Numbered from the stretch's first letter, positions 26,476 to 40,645 are shown. The stretch is DNA of 64,000 bases from Eledone cirrhosa (GCA_964016885.1 CAXHJY010001097.1:62001-126000), one strand, 5' to 3'. A program made the numbers and translations. Notes: generated by a model from the sequence alone, not told the origin.

Positions 26476-26873
26476 ATCATCATCATCGTTTAACGTCCAT
26501 ATTCCACGCTTGCATGGGTTTGGACGGGAGTTTTCCCACTTGAGGCAAGAGTGGTTGTCTTGCTAGCATAGGACTGTCTGGCGGGTTTTCTACGGCTGGA
26601 TGCCCTTCCTAACACCAACCACATTTACAGTGTGGGGCTGGGAGTTTTTTACCGTGTTGCCTACACGGCCACATTACGGCGTGCACTGTGTGTTTTTTTG
26701 TCGTGACACCTACACGACCTCATTTGTTTCGGCCTGGATGTTGTGGTACCAACATAACTTTACATTGAAAGGGGTGGTGGGGGTGATGTGACGGGGGTGT
26801 ATTTTGTTAGCGATGCCTACTGACTGTAGGTTTACTTTGTATTTAGGTAAGGCGGGTCTTCTCTATTACTGAG
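26476..26873 (-). mobile_element. RTE LINE 3' end (5'-truncated), same family as 54280-56686
   Basis: Reverse complement of 56272-56686; (ATC)n tail. Confidence 0.85.
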
Positions 26874-27400
26874 TATATATATATAAATACTATGTATATA
26901 GTGTATAGTATATACACAATATATACACTATATATAAATACTGCATATATAAAGTATATGCTACATATAGACAATATATAAACTATATATATACTACATA
27001 CACATTATATATAATGTTGTCCAAGGGAATAGCTGAAACAGCTTGGTACCAATGACATCATAGATCATCATTTAATGTCAACTTTCCCTGCTAGCAAGGG
27101 TGGGACAGGTCTTTACAAACCAGGGGGCAGTGGTTATTCTACATTCTACTGACTGTATTTTATTGTGGCACCAGTACTAAAGAGGTTGTCATGTCTTTGA
27201 CAGAGCTGAAGAGTCCTCCTAAACCTTTGTTTGGCAAGAGAAGAAAGTTGTAAAGTATTTTCAAATGTGAATTATTTCTAAAAAAAGTCATAATTTCAAC
27301 TGTCATGAAAGTACCATCAACAAATATTAAAGTTATAAAATTGTTTTTATTTACACATAAATGTGGATATTTTGTCATAAATATAAACATAAACCAGTTA

Positions 27401-29376
27401 TCATCATCATCATCATCATCATTTTACGTCCGCTTTTCCCTGCTTGCAAGGGTGGGACGGGTCTTATTCAGCACAGCATCTCTCCACTCGTCACGGTCCC
27501 TCGTCATCTCCACCGTGAGCTTCAATGATCTGAGGTCTGTTCTCACCACCTCCGCCCATGTTTTTCGTGGTCTACCTCTACCACGTCTTCCTTCAACTGG
27601 CATTTCCTGGCACTTCTTCACCCATCGGTCATCCTCCATGCGCATCACATGTCCATACCACCTCAGTCTCCTCTCCCGTACACTACATTCTATCCCTCTC
27701 AGACACAGTTTCTCTCTCAACACATTTATGCTGGGTCGTTCACGCACATTTACACTGCACATCCAACGGAGCATGCTTGCCTCATTTCTCTCCAGCCGTC
27801 GCATATCTTCTGCGGTAGCTGCCCATGTCTCACTACCATGCAGCATCGCGCTCCTCACACAGGCATCATACAACCGGCCTTTCGTACGCAGGGAGAAACC
27901 CTTCTTCGTCAACAGAGGAAGCAGCTCCCTAAACTTCTTCCAACCCGTCCTTATTCTAGATACTATGGCCTCGGAACACCCTCCTCCCATGCTAATCTGA
28001 TCTCCTAGGTACCGGAAGCTATCCACCACTTCTATAGCGCCCTCTCGCATTTGAAAAATGTGTCTATCAGTGCGACTTCTACTGTCTAATTTCCCTGTAC
28101 ATCTACTGCATACATATTTCTCCCTACCTGTTAGTTTGCCTGCTATCCCGCTACATCTCTTGTGTACCCAGGACCTACATTGTGTGCATTTTATAGAATT
28201 TATGCCAGTTCCTTTTCTGCATATCGAACATGGCCATTTCCCTGACGGAATCAGGGTTTTGTCCTCTTTTCTACTCATCAACACTTTTGTCTTAGCTAGA
28301 TTTACTCTCAGTCCTCTTGCTTCCAACTGCTGTTTCCATAGCCGGAATTTATTCTCTAGCTCCTCTACTGATTCTGCCATAAGAGCCAGATCGTCAGCAT
28401 AGAGAAGTTCCCATGGACAGCCAGTCTTAAACTCCTCTGTTATGGCTTGGAGGACTATAATGAACAAGAGCGGGCTGAGGACCGAACCCTGATGTACTCC
28501 TACTTGTATCTGGAATTCCTCACTAAACTCCATTCCTACCCTGACTTTACTGAGAGTACCTCTGTACAAAGTTTGCACTGTCCTTACAAGCCATTCCTCA
28601 ACACCCAGCTTCCTTAGGGACCACCAGATGACAGATCGGGGTACCCTATCAAAGGCCTTCTCTAGGTCAACAAAGGCTAAGTATAGTGGCTTATTCTTCT
28701 CTAAGAACCTCTCTTGCATTTGTCTCACCAAGAAGAGGGCATCTGTTGTACTCTTCCCAGGCACAAAACCAAACTGCATCTCATCTAGTTTGACCCTTTC
28801 TCTAATTAGTTGTGCTAGAATCCTTTCTGCCACTTTCATAACCTGATCTATCAGTTTTATACCCCTATAATTGCTCCTCTCCAAAGCATCCCCTTTACCT
28901 TTGTAGCAATTTATGAGAATACTGCTGCACCAGTCTTTGGGTATGACACCACCATATATAGCCTGATTGATTATGCGTGCAACCAGTTTAGTGCCTACGT
29001 CCCCTGATGCCTTCAGCATCTCAGCAACTATTCCCGATGGTCCGGCCGCCTTACCATTTTTCATTTCCCTAATCGCCTCTTGGACCCTATATTCGTCAAT
29101 CTCAATAGCTGGTCCCTCTGTCGGATCTACCAAGGGTAATTTCTCTCTCTCCCATTCGTTCTCCACATTCATCAGTCTCTCATAATGACATTTCCAGGCC
29201 TCCTTTTTCTGGTCATTCGTGACACTAAGTACACCGGCATCATCCCGGACACATTTATCACCAACAACATCCTGATTTGCATTGACACACTGCCTTGCAA
29301 TGTGGAACACCGCACGCCTCTGATCTTCCCGTCGCAGAATATTGGCAAACCTCCTACTCTCTGCCTCCCTGCGTGC
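27401..29376 (-). mobile_element. Young 5'-truncated RTE LINE, left arm only
   Basis: Uninterrupted RT ORF; (ATG)n tail directly after the stop; flanked by tta...tta; empty site at 53571-53573. Confidence 0.95.
27424..29310 (-). CDS. RTE-type reverse transcriptase (628 aa, no endonuclease; N-truncated)
   Basis: AFVDLEKAFDRV, GVHQGSVLSP and YADD motifs; internal C-x2-C...H..C finger; RLRWYGHV C-terminus. Confidence 0.9.
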   Translation of the reverse strand: MFHIARQCVNANQDVVGDKCVRDDAGVLSVTNDQKKEAWKCHYERLMNVENEWEREKLPLVDPTEGPAIEIDEYRVQEAIREMKNGKAAGPSGIVAEMLKASGDVGTKLVARIINQAIYGGVIPKDWCSSILINCYKGKGDALERSNYRGIKLIDQVMKVAERILAQLIRERVKLDEMQFGFVPGKSTTDALFLVRQMQERFLEKNKPLYLAFVDLEKAFDRVPRSVIWWSLRKLGVEEWLVRTVQTLYRGTLSKVRVGMEFSEEFQIQVGVHQGSVLSPLLFIIVLQAITEEFKTGCPWELLYADDLALMAESVEELENKFRLWKQQLEARGLRVNLAKTKVLMSRKEDKTLIPSGKWPCSICRKGTGINSIKCTQCRSWVHKRCSGIAGKLTGREKYVCSRCTGKLDSRSRTDRHIFQMREGAIEVVDSFRYLGDQISMGGGCSEAIVSRIRTGWKKFRELLPLLTKKGFSLRTKGRLYDACVRSAMLHGSETWAATAEDMRRLERNEASMLRWMCSVNVRERPSINVLREKLCLRGIECSVRERRLRWYGHVMRMEDDRWVKKCQEMPVEGRRGRGRPRKTWAEVVRTDLRSLKLTVEMTRDRDEWRDAVLNKTRPTLASREKRT

Positions 29377-30251
29377 TTAGTGTTTGTAAAATAAACACAT
29401 ATAAACACATCAATCTTGTTTTGTTTTTCTTGCACTGATGGAGTCATAGGGGTGTCACTGTGGACATTTGAAACTTGGTGGAGCCCTTCACTCACCAGGT
29501 TGGAACAGGTGATTTCTTCCAGAGAATGAGAGAGAGGAAGTGAGAAAGAAATATAGGGAGGAAGAACAGACCCCTGTGGTAGACTGGTACTTTTTTGTTA
29601 TCAACCTTGAATGGATGAAAGGCAAAGTTGACCTCAGCAGGATTTAAACTCAGAGCAGAGAACCAGAACAAATATGGCAGAAAGCATTCCATCCATTGTT
29701 TTATAGACTTTAAATAAATGTTTCTACTTTTAAATCAACCCCAGTGCATTACTGGTACTTTTTTAAACCCAGAACATAAAGGGCTGTAACTATATGACAC
29801 AAAGCATATCGTCTGACACTCTACTGATTCTGTCAATCCACCACCCTCAGCAATAAAATAAGATTGTGTCTCTATAAGAAACCTTAATGACAAATATGAA
29901 GTAGAACATTCTACAGAGTGTATTTGTGGATTACAATACAAAACCTGAGAATAATTTCCAACATATTTCACCATAATAAATGTTCATTAATATATATTAT
30001 TTCGTGGCATTCTTGAGATCATTAATCCCTACCTGAACATCCCTAGACATCTGATCTATGTAGGTCATTTTCAGTCATCTCACTAGGGTTTTACTATGTT
30101 TAGGTATCCACCACAGGAGCCAGCTCATCAGGTCATCCCTTCATTGGTAGGAATGTCTGGCATATCTTGTCCTTCGCTCCCTAGTTATTGTAGTAATCTT
30201 CAATATATGGCAGTATACTTCTTCCATTTGATAGAGTATATATATATATAG

Positions 30252-30695
30252 ATGCATATGAAGGATGACAGCTGCATTAAAAGGTGCAGAGCACTAAATG
30301 TCGCTGGAAGCCTTGGAGTGGGGAGATCCAGGAAGACCCGGGATGAGGTGATAAAAGCTGACCTTGCCCAATTGCACCTCTCAAAAGCGATGACGCAGGA
30401 CGGTGCCCTCTGGCATCATGCAGTAATACAGAAGACCTGACTTCACACGGCTACAAGCCGAAGCTGAAGCATATAGACAAATATGTCCTCATCCCCACCC
30501 ACTGCAAAGTGGTCAACAAAAAAGCCCCCAGCCCCCAGATTAAAGTGGCTGTGTAGGCACCATGGTAAAAAAGGCACCTAGCACACACAGTAAATGAGGT
30601 TTTGTGTTAAGAAGGACATCAAGCTGTAGAAATCAAGCCAAAATCAGTTCCCGTACGAGCAAGACGAGGTCTCATGACGTAAAACGGTGATAATA
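30252..30695 (+). mobile_element. RTE LINE 3' fragment (mirror at 52235-52657)
   Basis: MKDDSCIKRC...GRSRKT.DEVI C-terminus plus 3'UTR. Confidence 0.8.
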
Positions 30696-30792
30696 AGTAT
30701 AAGATAAGGATTTTTCAAGCTTCACATTTTATATTCTTCCTTCCAGAGTGTGTCTGTATAGTTGTGTGTTTCACATTTCACAGTGATGGGGT

Positions 30793-31875
<1,083 letters not shown>

Positions 31876-33078
31876 ATTTCTAGCTAGTGATCTTTACATA
31901 AAGGATTCTCACTACTTTTATTGATACATTAAGAAATGTAGATATCGTTAATATATGCCATGTATTCTAATATACAAAGGGTCCATAAAAGACTGCAGAA
32001 GTCTGCTTTCTTCTTCTACAAGTTGTAATGTAGCATTTAATTGGTAAAGTAATAAGACATATGTCAGTGTAAGACTGATCTTGGATGAAGAAAAGGCAAG
32101 TGCTTATATATATATATGTGTGTGTGTGTGTGATTATTGTGGAATATATCACTATTATTATTGTTAAGGTGAGAGAAGCTCTATTCACAATAAAATACTC
32201 AGCTCATAAAACAGACGAATAAGACTTCTATAGTTAAGGTTCTTGTTATTGGGGACAGTTCAGGTGACAAGAGGATTAATATCCAGAATTTCAAAAGATG
32301 AAGGTTAATATATATATATATATATATATACAGACATACAGTGTGTAGGTATGAGAGAGAAATAAATAAATAGACGTGTGTGTAGAAATATGTGTTGTAA
32401 TAAATCAAGATATTTCACTTCAGATAGAAAAGTTCACAATGTTTGTGTTGTGGTGGAAAAGGAAATAATACGTACTTTAGTTGTCAAGACCAAATATAAA
32501 GTCAAGAAAAGTTAGTAAAAACTAAATGTTCACTGATTTCTGATTAAAATAATATTTTCCTGTCCTGTAAAATGTTGAACAACCACTTCAATATTTAATA
32601 ATACAGGTGATAAAACAACAACTATAAGGTAAATAAGTCACCTTATGTTATTTACAAACATTAACGTCCACCTTAATATGAAATAATCACCATAAAAGAT
32701 AAAATTAGATGAGGTTTAAGTTGTAACAATGGAGCTGATATAAATAGTAATATTTCACCGTCTAGTTGACACCGGTGTCATCACTTAAAAGTCCCCCACA
32801 TAATTTAATACATTCAGAAACAACTTCCGTTATATGAACTACCAGAAAACCACCCGAAGGTAGCATGTGTAGTATGTATATTGATATTATACGCAAGTAT
32901 ATATGATACATGTATATATATACCTGCGTATAATATCAATATACACACTACACATGCTACCTTTGGGTGGTTTTCTGATAGCATGTGTAGTGTGTATATT
33001 GATATTATACGCAAGTATATATATATATACATGTAGATATGATACATCAAATAAAATCATAATTGACAATATATAATT

Positions 33079-33263
33079 GTTTCTACGTCAGGCACAAGGC
33101 AAGCAAATAACAGTGTATTACTGGTACTTTATTTTATCGACCCCGTAAGGATGAAAGGCAAAGTTAACTTCGGCGGGATTTGAACTCAGAATGGCAAGGG
33201 CCGTAACTCTATGCGTCAAAGCATGGCGTCCGACCCTCTACCAATACTGCTAATCCACCGCCT
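33079..33263 (-). mobile_element. Young SINE, left arm only, with 15-bp TSD ttgacaatatataat
   Basis: TSD at 33064-33078 and 33264-33278; empty site at ~49617-49631. Confidence 0.85.
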
Positions 33264-33425
33264 TGACAATATATAATACACAGAAATTGAACAAAGACTG
33301 TGTTACACTGTCTTATGTAATCAGTAACGTAATCCATGATACATTAAAAAAGACGATATTATATATAAACTGCATTAGGAGAAAATTAGTGACAGAAAAT
33401 TAATAGTTTATTGAAGTGATGGCCA

Positions 33426-33437
33426 ACCGGAAGTGTT
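33426..33437. promoter_or_regulatory. ETS-type CCGGAAGTG motif ~1.5 kb upstream of ZNF B (mirror at ~49459-49468)
   Basis: Motif match in CpG-poor DNA next to a gccat; function untested. Confidence 0.3.
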
Positions 33438-33789
33438 GGCATTTCAGAAATTTTAAAGAAGTGAATTTTTAAACAAACAAAATATATTTAATCTACAGCC
33501 CCGAAATTTAGTAGATAAATTATGTAATAGTCATTCATTATTTATTCAAAGTAATCTAACTTATTTTATTAATGGGATAAACAATTAGAAACTGTACGCA
33601 GTCCCGCGCTCCTTCTTTTATTATAGTTTAGATTCATACGTTCAATAGATATGCTAGTACTTTATTCAGATTTGAATAAATAACGTTATTAATGTTATAT
33701 AACTGTTCATATTAAACCAAAACACATTATTAAAGGTAATAAAATATTTACGTAATGGAAAAAAAAAGAAAAAACGAATCAAACAACGA

Positions 33790-33975
33790 AAATAATTGTT
33801 TCTACTTTTGGCACAAGGCGAGTAATTATCGCAGTGTATTACTGGTACTTTATTTTATCGACCTCGTAAGGATCAAAGGCAAAGTTAACCTCGGCGGGAT
33901 TTGAACTCAGATCATAAAGGGAGGTAACTCTATGCTACAAAGCTTGGCGTCCGACGCTCTACCGATACTGCCAAT
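33790..33975 (-). mobile_element. SINE shared by both arms (mirror at 48735-48925)
   Basis: Core tttatcgacctcgtaagga..aaaggcaaag and B-box complement gggatttgaactc. Confidence 0.8.
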
Positions 33976-34747
33976 AAAATAACGGGAGAGGGCCAGACTT
34001 TATATTTCAGTCTGAGCTGTGATTCAGGCCAACCCTACAGACAAAATGACGAAGGTGTTACCACAGAGAATAGCCAGAGACACCCACTACAACATCCACC
34101 CCACCTCATGGGACTACTTCCTCAAGGGGGCTGCTGTCTTTCTAATTTTGAGAAGGAAATCAGCAGTGTAGGGACAAAGAGGAAGTGGTTTGTCAGGCCC
34201 CAGTATATAACTATCTCCCTCTTCTCTCTATTACAGGTAGTAAAGCCTGGGATTGTGGCTGCAGGGAAAATGTTGGAGGCAGAGAATGATACAACCCATG
34301 CTAAACCTCCAACTAAAGCTGATACTTGTCTTTTTCAGCTGTGGAGATTAGAGACATGTGGAATGATGTGTCTTGCTTAAGAACACAATGTACCTCCCTA
34401 ACTGACAATTGAAAACATGATATTACCATATGTTGTATGACTTCACTATACAATATATATGTGTTTGTATACATATATATAGTATATATTTGTGTATACA
34501 TTGTCTCATTCCATGAGAGTAACTTGGTCAGTCTATGAACTTCTCATCCGACCCTTCTATATGTATATACATGTTTGTCAGCGTGTGTGTACATATGTAT
34601 ATAGAATATTGTCACAACTACTATATACACCACATATACACTATATATAATATTGTCCAATATATATAGACTATATGTCATGTTGTCCAAGGGAAAGGCT
34701 GATATAGATCAGCACCAGTGACATTACAACTATTATATACACTATAT

Positions 34748-35578
34748 ATCATCATCATCATTATCATTTAACGTCTATCTTCCACGCTAGCATGGGTTAG
34801 ACGGGAATTGTCCCACTTGAGGCAGGATTGATCAGGTGACCGTGTCTCGCTCGTATAGGACTGTATCTGGCAGGTTTTCTAAGGCTGGATGCCCTTCCTA
34901 ACACCAACCACATTTCCAGTGTGGACTGGGAGTCTTTTCGTGATGACACCTACACTACCTCTTTAGTTTGGACTGGATGTTGTGGTACCAACATAGCTTT
35001 ACAGAGACAGGGTGGTGTTGGTGTGAGTGGGAGGATGCAGTAGGGTGTGTGGGTTGGGGTGTATATTTGGTTAGGAGGGGCCTACTGACTGTAGGTTAAC
35101 TTTGCACGTAGGGAAGGCAGGTCTTCTCTGTTACTGTGTGGTGCCATAGATCTCAATCCAGTGACATTGTCTAAGAGAGGTGTAAGTGTGCAAGGTTGGA
35201 TTTTATGTCATCCCAGGTTTTTCTGGGTCTACCTACTCCATAACTTCCATCAATTTTGATATCCCTGCACTTTTTTTTTAAGATGTCATCTTTCATGCGC
35301 ATCACATGACCATACCAATGTAATCTTCTCTCAAGTAAACAGCATCTGATCCCTCTTATTCCTAATTCTCACTTAGTTTGTTTATGTTTTGCCGTTCATG
35401 TATATTACAATTACACGTCCAACAGAGCATGCATGCTTCGTTCCTTTCCAATCTGTGCAGGTCCTCTGCACACAATGCCCATGTCTCACTGCCATGTAAC
35501 ATTGCTGTTCGTATACACGCATCATACAGCCTGCCTTTCATTTTTAGAGAAACCTTTTGTGTCCAGCAGCGGTATTAG
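34748..35578 (-). mobile_element. RTE LINE 3' fragment (mirror at 47139-47960)
   Basis: Homologous to 55840-56686; (ATC)n tail. Confidence 0.8.
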
Positions 35579-35699
35579 CTCATTGTGACATGTGAGAGAA
35601 ACCATTCTCTTTGAATGTTACATTAACTACACACAAACATATACATACAGCTGGGAAGCCATATCACTTTGATATATTTTGTAAATCTTTCTCTAAATG

Positions 35700-36800
35700 T
35701 TGTGGATTCACTATACACTAACATATACAGGAGAGGAACTATATCACTATGATGTCTGTGGTAAATGCTTCTCTAAATTCTGTGACTTTACTACGCACTA
35801 ACATATACAGGAGAGGAACCATATCACTGTGATGTCTGTGGTACCTCACTCTCTAAATGTTGTGACTTCACTACACACTAACATATACAGGAGAGGAACC
35901 ATATTACTGTGATGTCTGTGGTACCTCACTCTCTAAATGTTGTGGCTTCACTACACACTAACATATACAGGAGAGGAACTATATCACTGTGGTGTCTGTG
36001 GTACCTCACTCTCTAAATGTTGTGGCTTCACTACACACTAACATATACAGGAGAGGAACCATATCACTGTGGTACCTCACTCTCTAAATGTTGTGACTTT
36101 ACTACACACTAACATATACAGGAGAGGAACTATATCACTGTGGTGTCTGTGGTACTTCACTCTCTAAATGTTGTGGCTTCACTACACACTAACATATACA
36201 GGAGAGGAACCATATCACTGTGATGTCTGTGGTACCTCACTCTCTAAATGTTGTGGCTTCACTACACACTAACATATACAGGAGAGGAACCATATCACTG
36301 TGGTACCTCACTCTCTAAATGTTGTGACTTTACTACACACTAACATATACAGGAGAGGAACTATATCACTGTGATGTCTGTGGTACCTCACTCTCTAAAT
36401 GTTGTGACTTTACTACACACTAACATATACAGGAGAGGAACCATATCACTGTGATGTCTGTGGTACCTCACTCTCTAAATGTTGTGGCTTCACTACACAC
36501 TAACATATACAGGAAAGGAAGTATATCACTGTGATGTCTGTGGTACCTCACTCTCTAAATGTTGTGACTTCACTACACACTAACATATACAGGAGAGGAA
36601 CCATATCACTATGATGTCTGTGGTACCTCACTCTCTAAATGTTGTGGCTTCACTACACACTAACATATACAGGAGAGGAACCATATCACTGTGATATCTG
36701 TGGTACCTCACTCTCTAAATTTTGTTGCTTCACTACACACTAACATATACAGGAGAGGAATCATATCACTGTGATGTCTGTGGTACCTCACTCTCTAAAA
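35700..36800 (+). repeat. 80-bp minisatellite derived from a dead C2H2 finger, 14 copies
   Basis: Unit translates YTGEEPYHCDVCGTSLSKCCDFTTH*; period 80 bp with two 71-bp variants. Confidence 0.9.
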
Positions 36801-37454
36801 TTTGTTTGCTTTTAAGAAACCACTGGTAAATGAAATAATTGCCTTATGTTATTTATTACATAACTATTAAGCTCTGTTACCTACATAGAGCACTCTTTTT
36901 TCCTGGACTTTTCCGACGGAATTACTTCACATATATACATATAAACGAAAAAAATGAAACGAAATTTCATTTCCCACTCTTAGTACGGCTGTAACTTAAA
37001 TATAAGTATGTATACGTACATACATATATGTATACAGACGTACAGTAGTATGTATATATACATACATGCACACATATATATATGTACGTATGGATTCACC
37101 AAACATTCATTACAACGCTCAGTGTGTTTGTAAACAAACATCCCGAATTAAGCCGTAGTGTCCAGCAACCATCGTTGCTCGTTTGTTCAACACTGACAAA
37201 GGAACGCTGTACTAGTTTCAAGCTTGTTAGCTATCGTCAGCAACGTATACCTTCCTGCCGATATACAAATTGGGCTACTCAGCCGTTAATATGCATAAGG
37301 AAATTATATACTTTCGGACGTTCAACCATCTGGCAGGAAGGTATACGTTGCAATTTGTATATAATAGGGGTTAATTTGAAGCAGAAAATGTTGGGGACCA
37401 CTTAAGACAACAAATCGTTCTTTTTATTTTATAACAATTATTATTATTATCATA

Positions 37455-38371
37455 TCTATATATATAAAACTGTGGTTGTCTGTCTGTCTATCGATTTTTG
37501 GCACACATCTCCTCTTAGAATCTCTCACGGAATTGCACCGAAATTGCTATACTTGTACATTGAGCCCTAGCGAAGACATCGGAAAAAAAATATTTCAAAT
37601 TGACCCGCCCTATCTGACGAAATCGAATATAATGTATCGATTTTTGAGCGTAAGTGATCAGTTATTTCCCTTTGTTCTGTTTACATTGAGCGTCTTACGT
37701 AAAAAATTACGCTGGCTTTACGAACAGTTGTCGAGCCAGCAAAATATTGACCTGCAAAATTCATCAGTTCGAACACTAAGCTTCCGTTTTGCTTCATTTC
37801 CATTTAAAAGCATTTTAAAACAATATTTTTACTTGAAAACAAGTCTATTTAAAGACTACGTAAAACAAGCAAATATTTCGCCGTTAGGCGTGCAGACAGA
37901 CAGTCGTGCAGAGAGGTGATATAGGCGTGCAGACAGACAGTCGTGCAGAGAGGTGATATAGGCGTGCAGACAGACAGTCGTGCAGACAGACAGTCGTGCA
38001 GAGAGGTGATATAGGCGTGCAGACAGACAGTCGTGCAGAGAGGTGATATAGGCGTGCAGACAGACATAACTGATAATTTGGTTACGCTAATGTTTTTCTC
38101 TGCGTTGCAGTGTTTACATTTTCGATCTTTGTTAATAAATAACCAGTGCAGTTTCTATCCCCAACATCCTCTTTTGTTATAACATTCGGGTTATCGTTAT
38201 GTTTTCTTAACTTCATAAGGCATATTGTTGGTTGAGGGAATATTAATCAAAAACACCACATGCAAGTCTGCACAGTAGACACTACAGTTTTTAAGCCAAG
38301 AAAGAAACTTAACATTGTAACTTTAACACAGCTACTGAGCGACCCCGAGCAACGCCGGGCTTTACTGCTAG
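37455..38371 (+). mobile_element. Non-autonomous Helitron, left arm only, with internal 37-bp tandem repeat (37886-38066)
   Basis: 5' TC, 3' hairpin cccgagcaacgccggg plus CTAG, A|T target with no TSD; empty site at ~45630-45645. Confidence 0.9.
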
Positions 38372-38430
38372 TATATATATATTTTAGTCTTCAAATTTAT
38401 TATTATTACTATATATATATATATATATAG

Positions 38431-38684
38431 TACAAATGAGGTCGTGTAGGTGTCACGCCAAAAAAAAATACACAGTCCACGCTGTAATGTGGCCGTGTAG
38501 GTAACACGGTAAAAACCTCCAGTTCCACACTGTAAATGTGGTTGGTGTTAGGAAGGGCATCCAGCTGTAGAAAACCCGCCAGACGGTCCTATGCGAACAA
38601 GACAACCACTCTTGCCTCAAGTGGGAAAACTCCCGTCCAAACCCATGCAACCGTGGAATATGGACGTTAAACGATGATGATGAT
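38431..38684 (+). mobile_element. RTE 3'UTR/tail fragment (mirror at 45333-45588)
   Basis: Matches 56435-56686; (ATG)n tail. Confidence 0.8.
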
Positions 38685-38852
38685 AGTAATAATAATAAAT
38701 TTGAAGACTAAAATCCAAAGAGAGCTCGATAAGGATAAATATATATTAAATATATAAGAACCGTAGAGCAAATATTTATTAAAATTTTTTCAGAAGATCC
38801 CACTAAGGGTGAAAGCAGCGATTCTTTGCTTAAACTTTAATCTGTTATTTTA

Positions 38853-38915
<63 letters not shown>

Positions 38916-39161
38916 GAGGTTATATTTAATTTGTTGGGATTCAACAAGCTTAAACATTTTTATAACTGATATAAAGCACTCAACACTTAGTGGTGTAACT
39001 ACACAATATATTAATAAATGGAAACTATATTTATTTTATTATACATATTTCAAGGGCCACAATGTCTTTTAGAGAAGAAGAGATCCTAAAGAATGTGGCC
39101 CTTGAAATATGTATAATAAAATATATTTGGTTTTATAAATATAGTTTCCATTTATTAATAT

Positions 39162-39207
<46 letters not shown>

Positions 39208-39900
39208 TGTATGTATATATACACATATATATATATGTGTGTGTGTGTACCCCTCATTCCGTTTTTAAAAATACACTCGTTGAACCACGTCATCCCCGTG
39301 GCAACACGTGGTCCAAATCATTCGCAGTTTTGCATTTGCTGTGTAAACGCAGATGGTTATCTTCTTCTCCTTTGGTGAACATCCAAGTATTTAACTGCTG
39401 TGATTTACGGATTAATAGGTGAAATATATTTCTTACTTAAAGAAATATATACAAAGGAGATTAATCATTTTAAATGGTATCTATATTTGAAGTTCTAGTT
39501 AAACTTTAATTAGTTACCTACCTAGCTATGTGTGCCTACATTCTTTACAAATTATACCCTGTGATTGTTTCATGTATTTATTATATATATATATATGTCA
39601 ATCTATTTCTAGTTGATATGTAATGCTCGGATCTAATCTTTGAGCTTATTCTACGGTGGATATGGCGCATGTCTCTCAGACATGACAACCCTTAATTTTA
39701 ATTTTGGATATATATACATATATATATACATATAACATATGTATATATACAAATATACATATAATATATATATATACATATATATATATGTATGAGGTTG
39801 GTGTTAGGAAGGGCATCCAGCTGTAGAAATCAAGCCAGAATCAGTTCCTGTCCTACCCCTGCAAACAGGGAATAACGGACGTAAAAGGATGATGATGATG

Positions 39901-39950
<50 letters not shown>

Positions 39951-39956
<6 letters not shown>

Positions 39957-40293
39957 AGATGAAATCAAAAATGCAACTGGAGTCTTATTTTTAAAAAAAT
40001 ATATATATTTATTTGGTTCCTTTACCGGTTTCGCAGTTCTTCCCGCTTTTCAAAATTAGAGTTGAGATGGAGGGTCTGTGGTTTTCCTCACAAGAGAAAA
40101 ACCACAGACCCTCCATCTCAACTCTACTTTTGAAAAGCAGAAGAACTGCGAAACCGGTAAAGGAACCAAATAAATATATATATATTTTTTTAAATAAGAC
40201 TCCAGTTGCATTTTCGATTTCATCTTTTTTTCTTTATACTTTCACTCGTGTAGGACACCTCGGTTATTTTTCATTTTGTAAAAAAAACCTCAC

Positions 40294-40300
<7 letters not shown>
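39951..40300. mobile_element. Palindromic element in (TA)n with hammerhead-like cores in both arms (mirror at 42810-43160)
   Basis: Arms of ~135 bp around 40091; ctt-TTGAAAA-gcag-aagaa-ctgc-GAAA-CCGG-TA-aag at 40127-40162. Confidence 0.7.
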
Positions 40301-40330
<30 letters not shown>

Positions 40331-40645
40331 GGAGGTGAGTTTTATTGTAGTACAATAAAGCAATGCAGATATCGGATAAGAAGCACTCTACAGTTTGTAG
40401 GACTGGAGTATACATAATATATAAGATATGTTGATTTAAAACTGCACTATCCACAAGTGTTTTTTAACCTTCATATCATGTCTTCCTATTTTATCTTATG
40501 AAAACACAAATATTATTGCATGATGATGTTTGTTTTTGAAATGCACATAATAAAATACATGGAACTCTTTTAACCATCTTTTGATCTTATATATTATATA
40601 TATATATAGTTAAAAGAATAGAGGTGTAACACACAAGTTATTATA

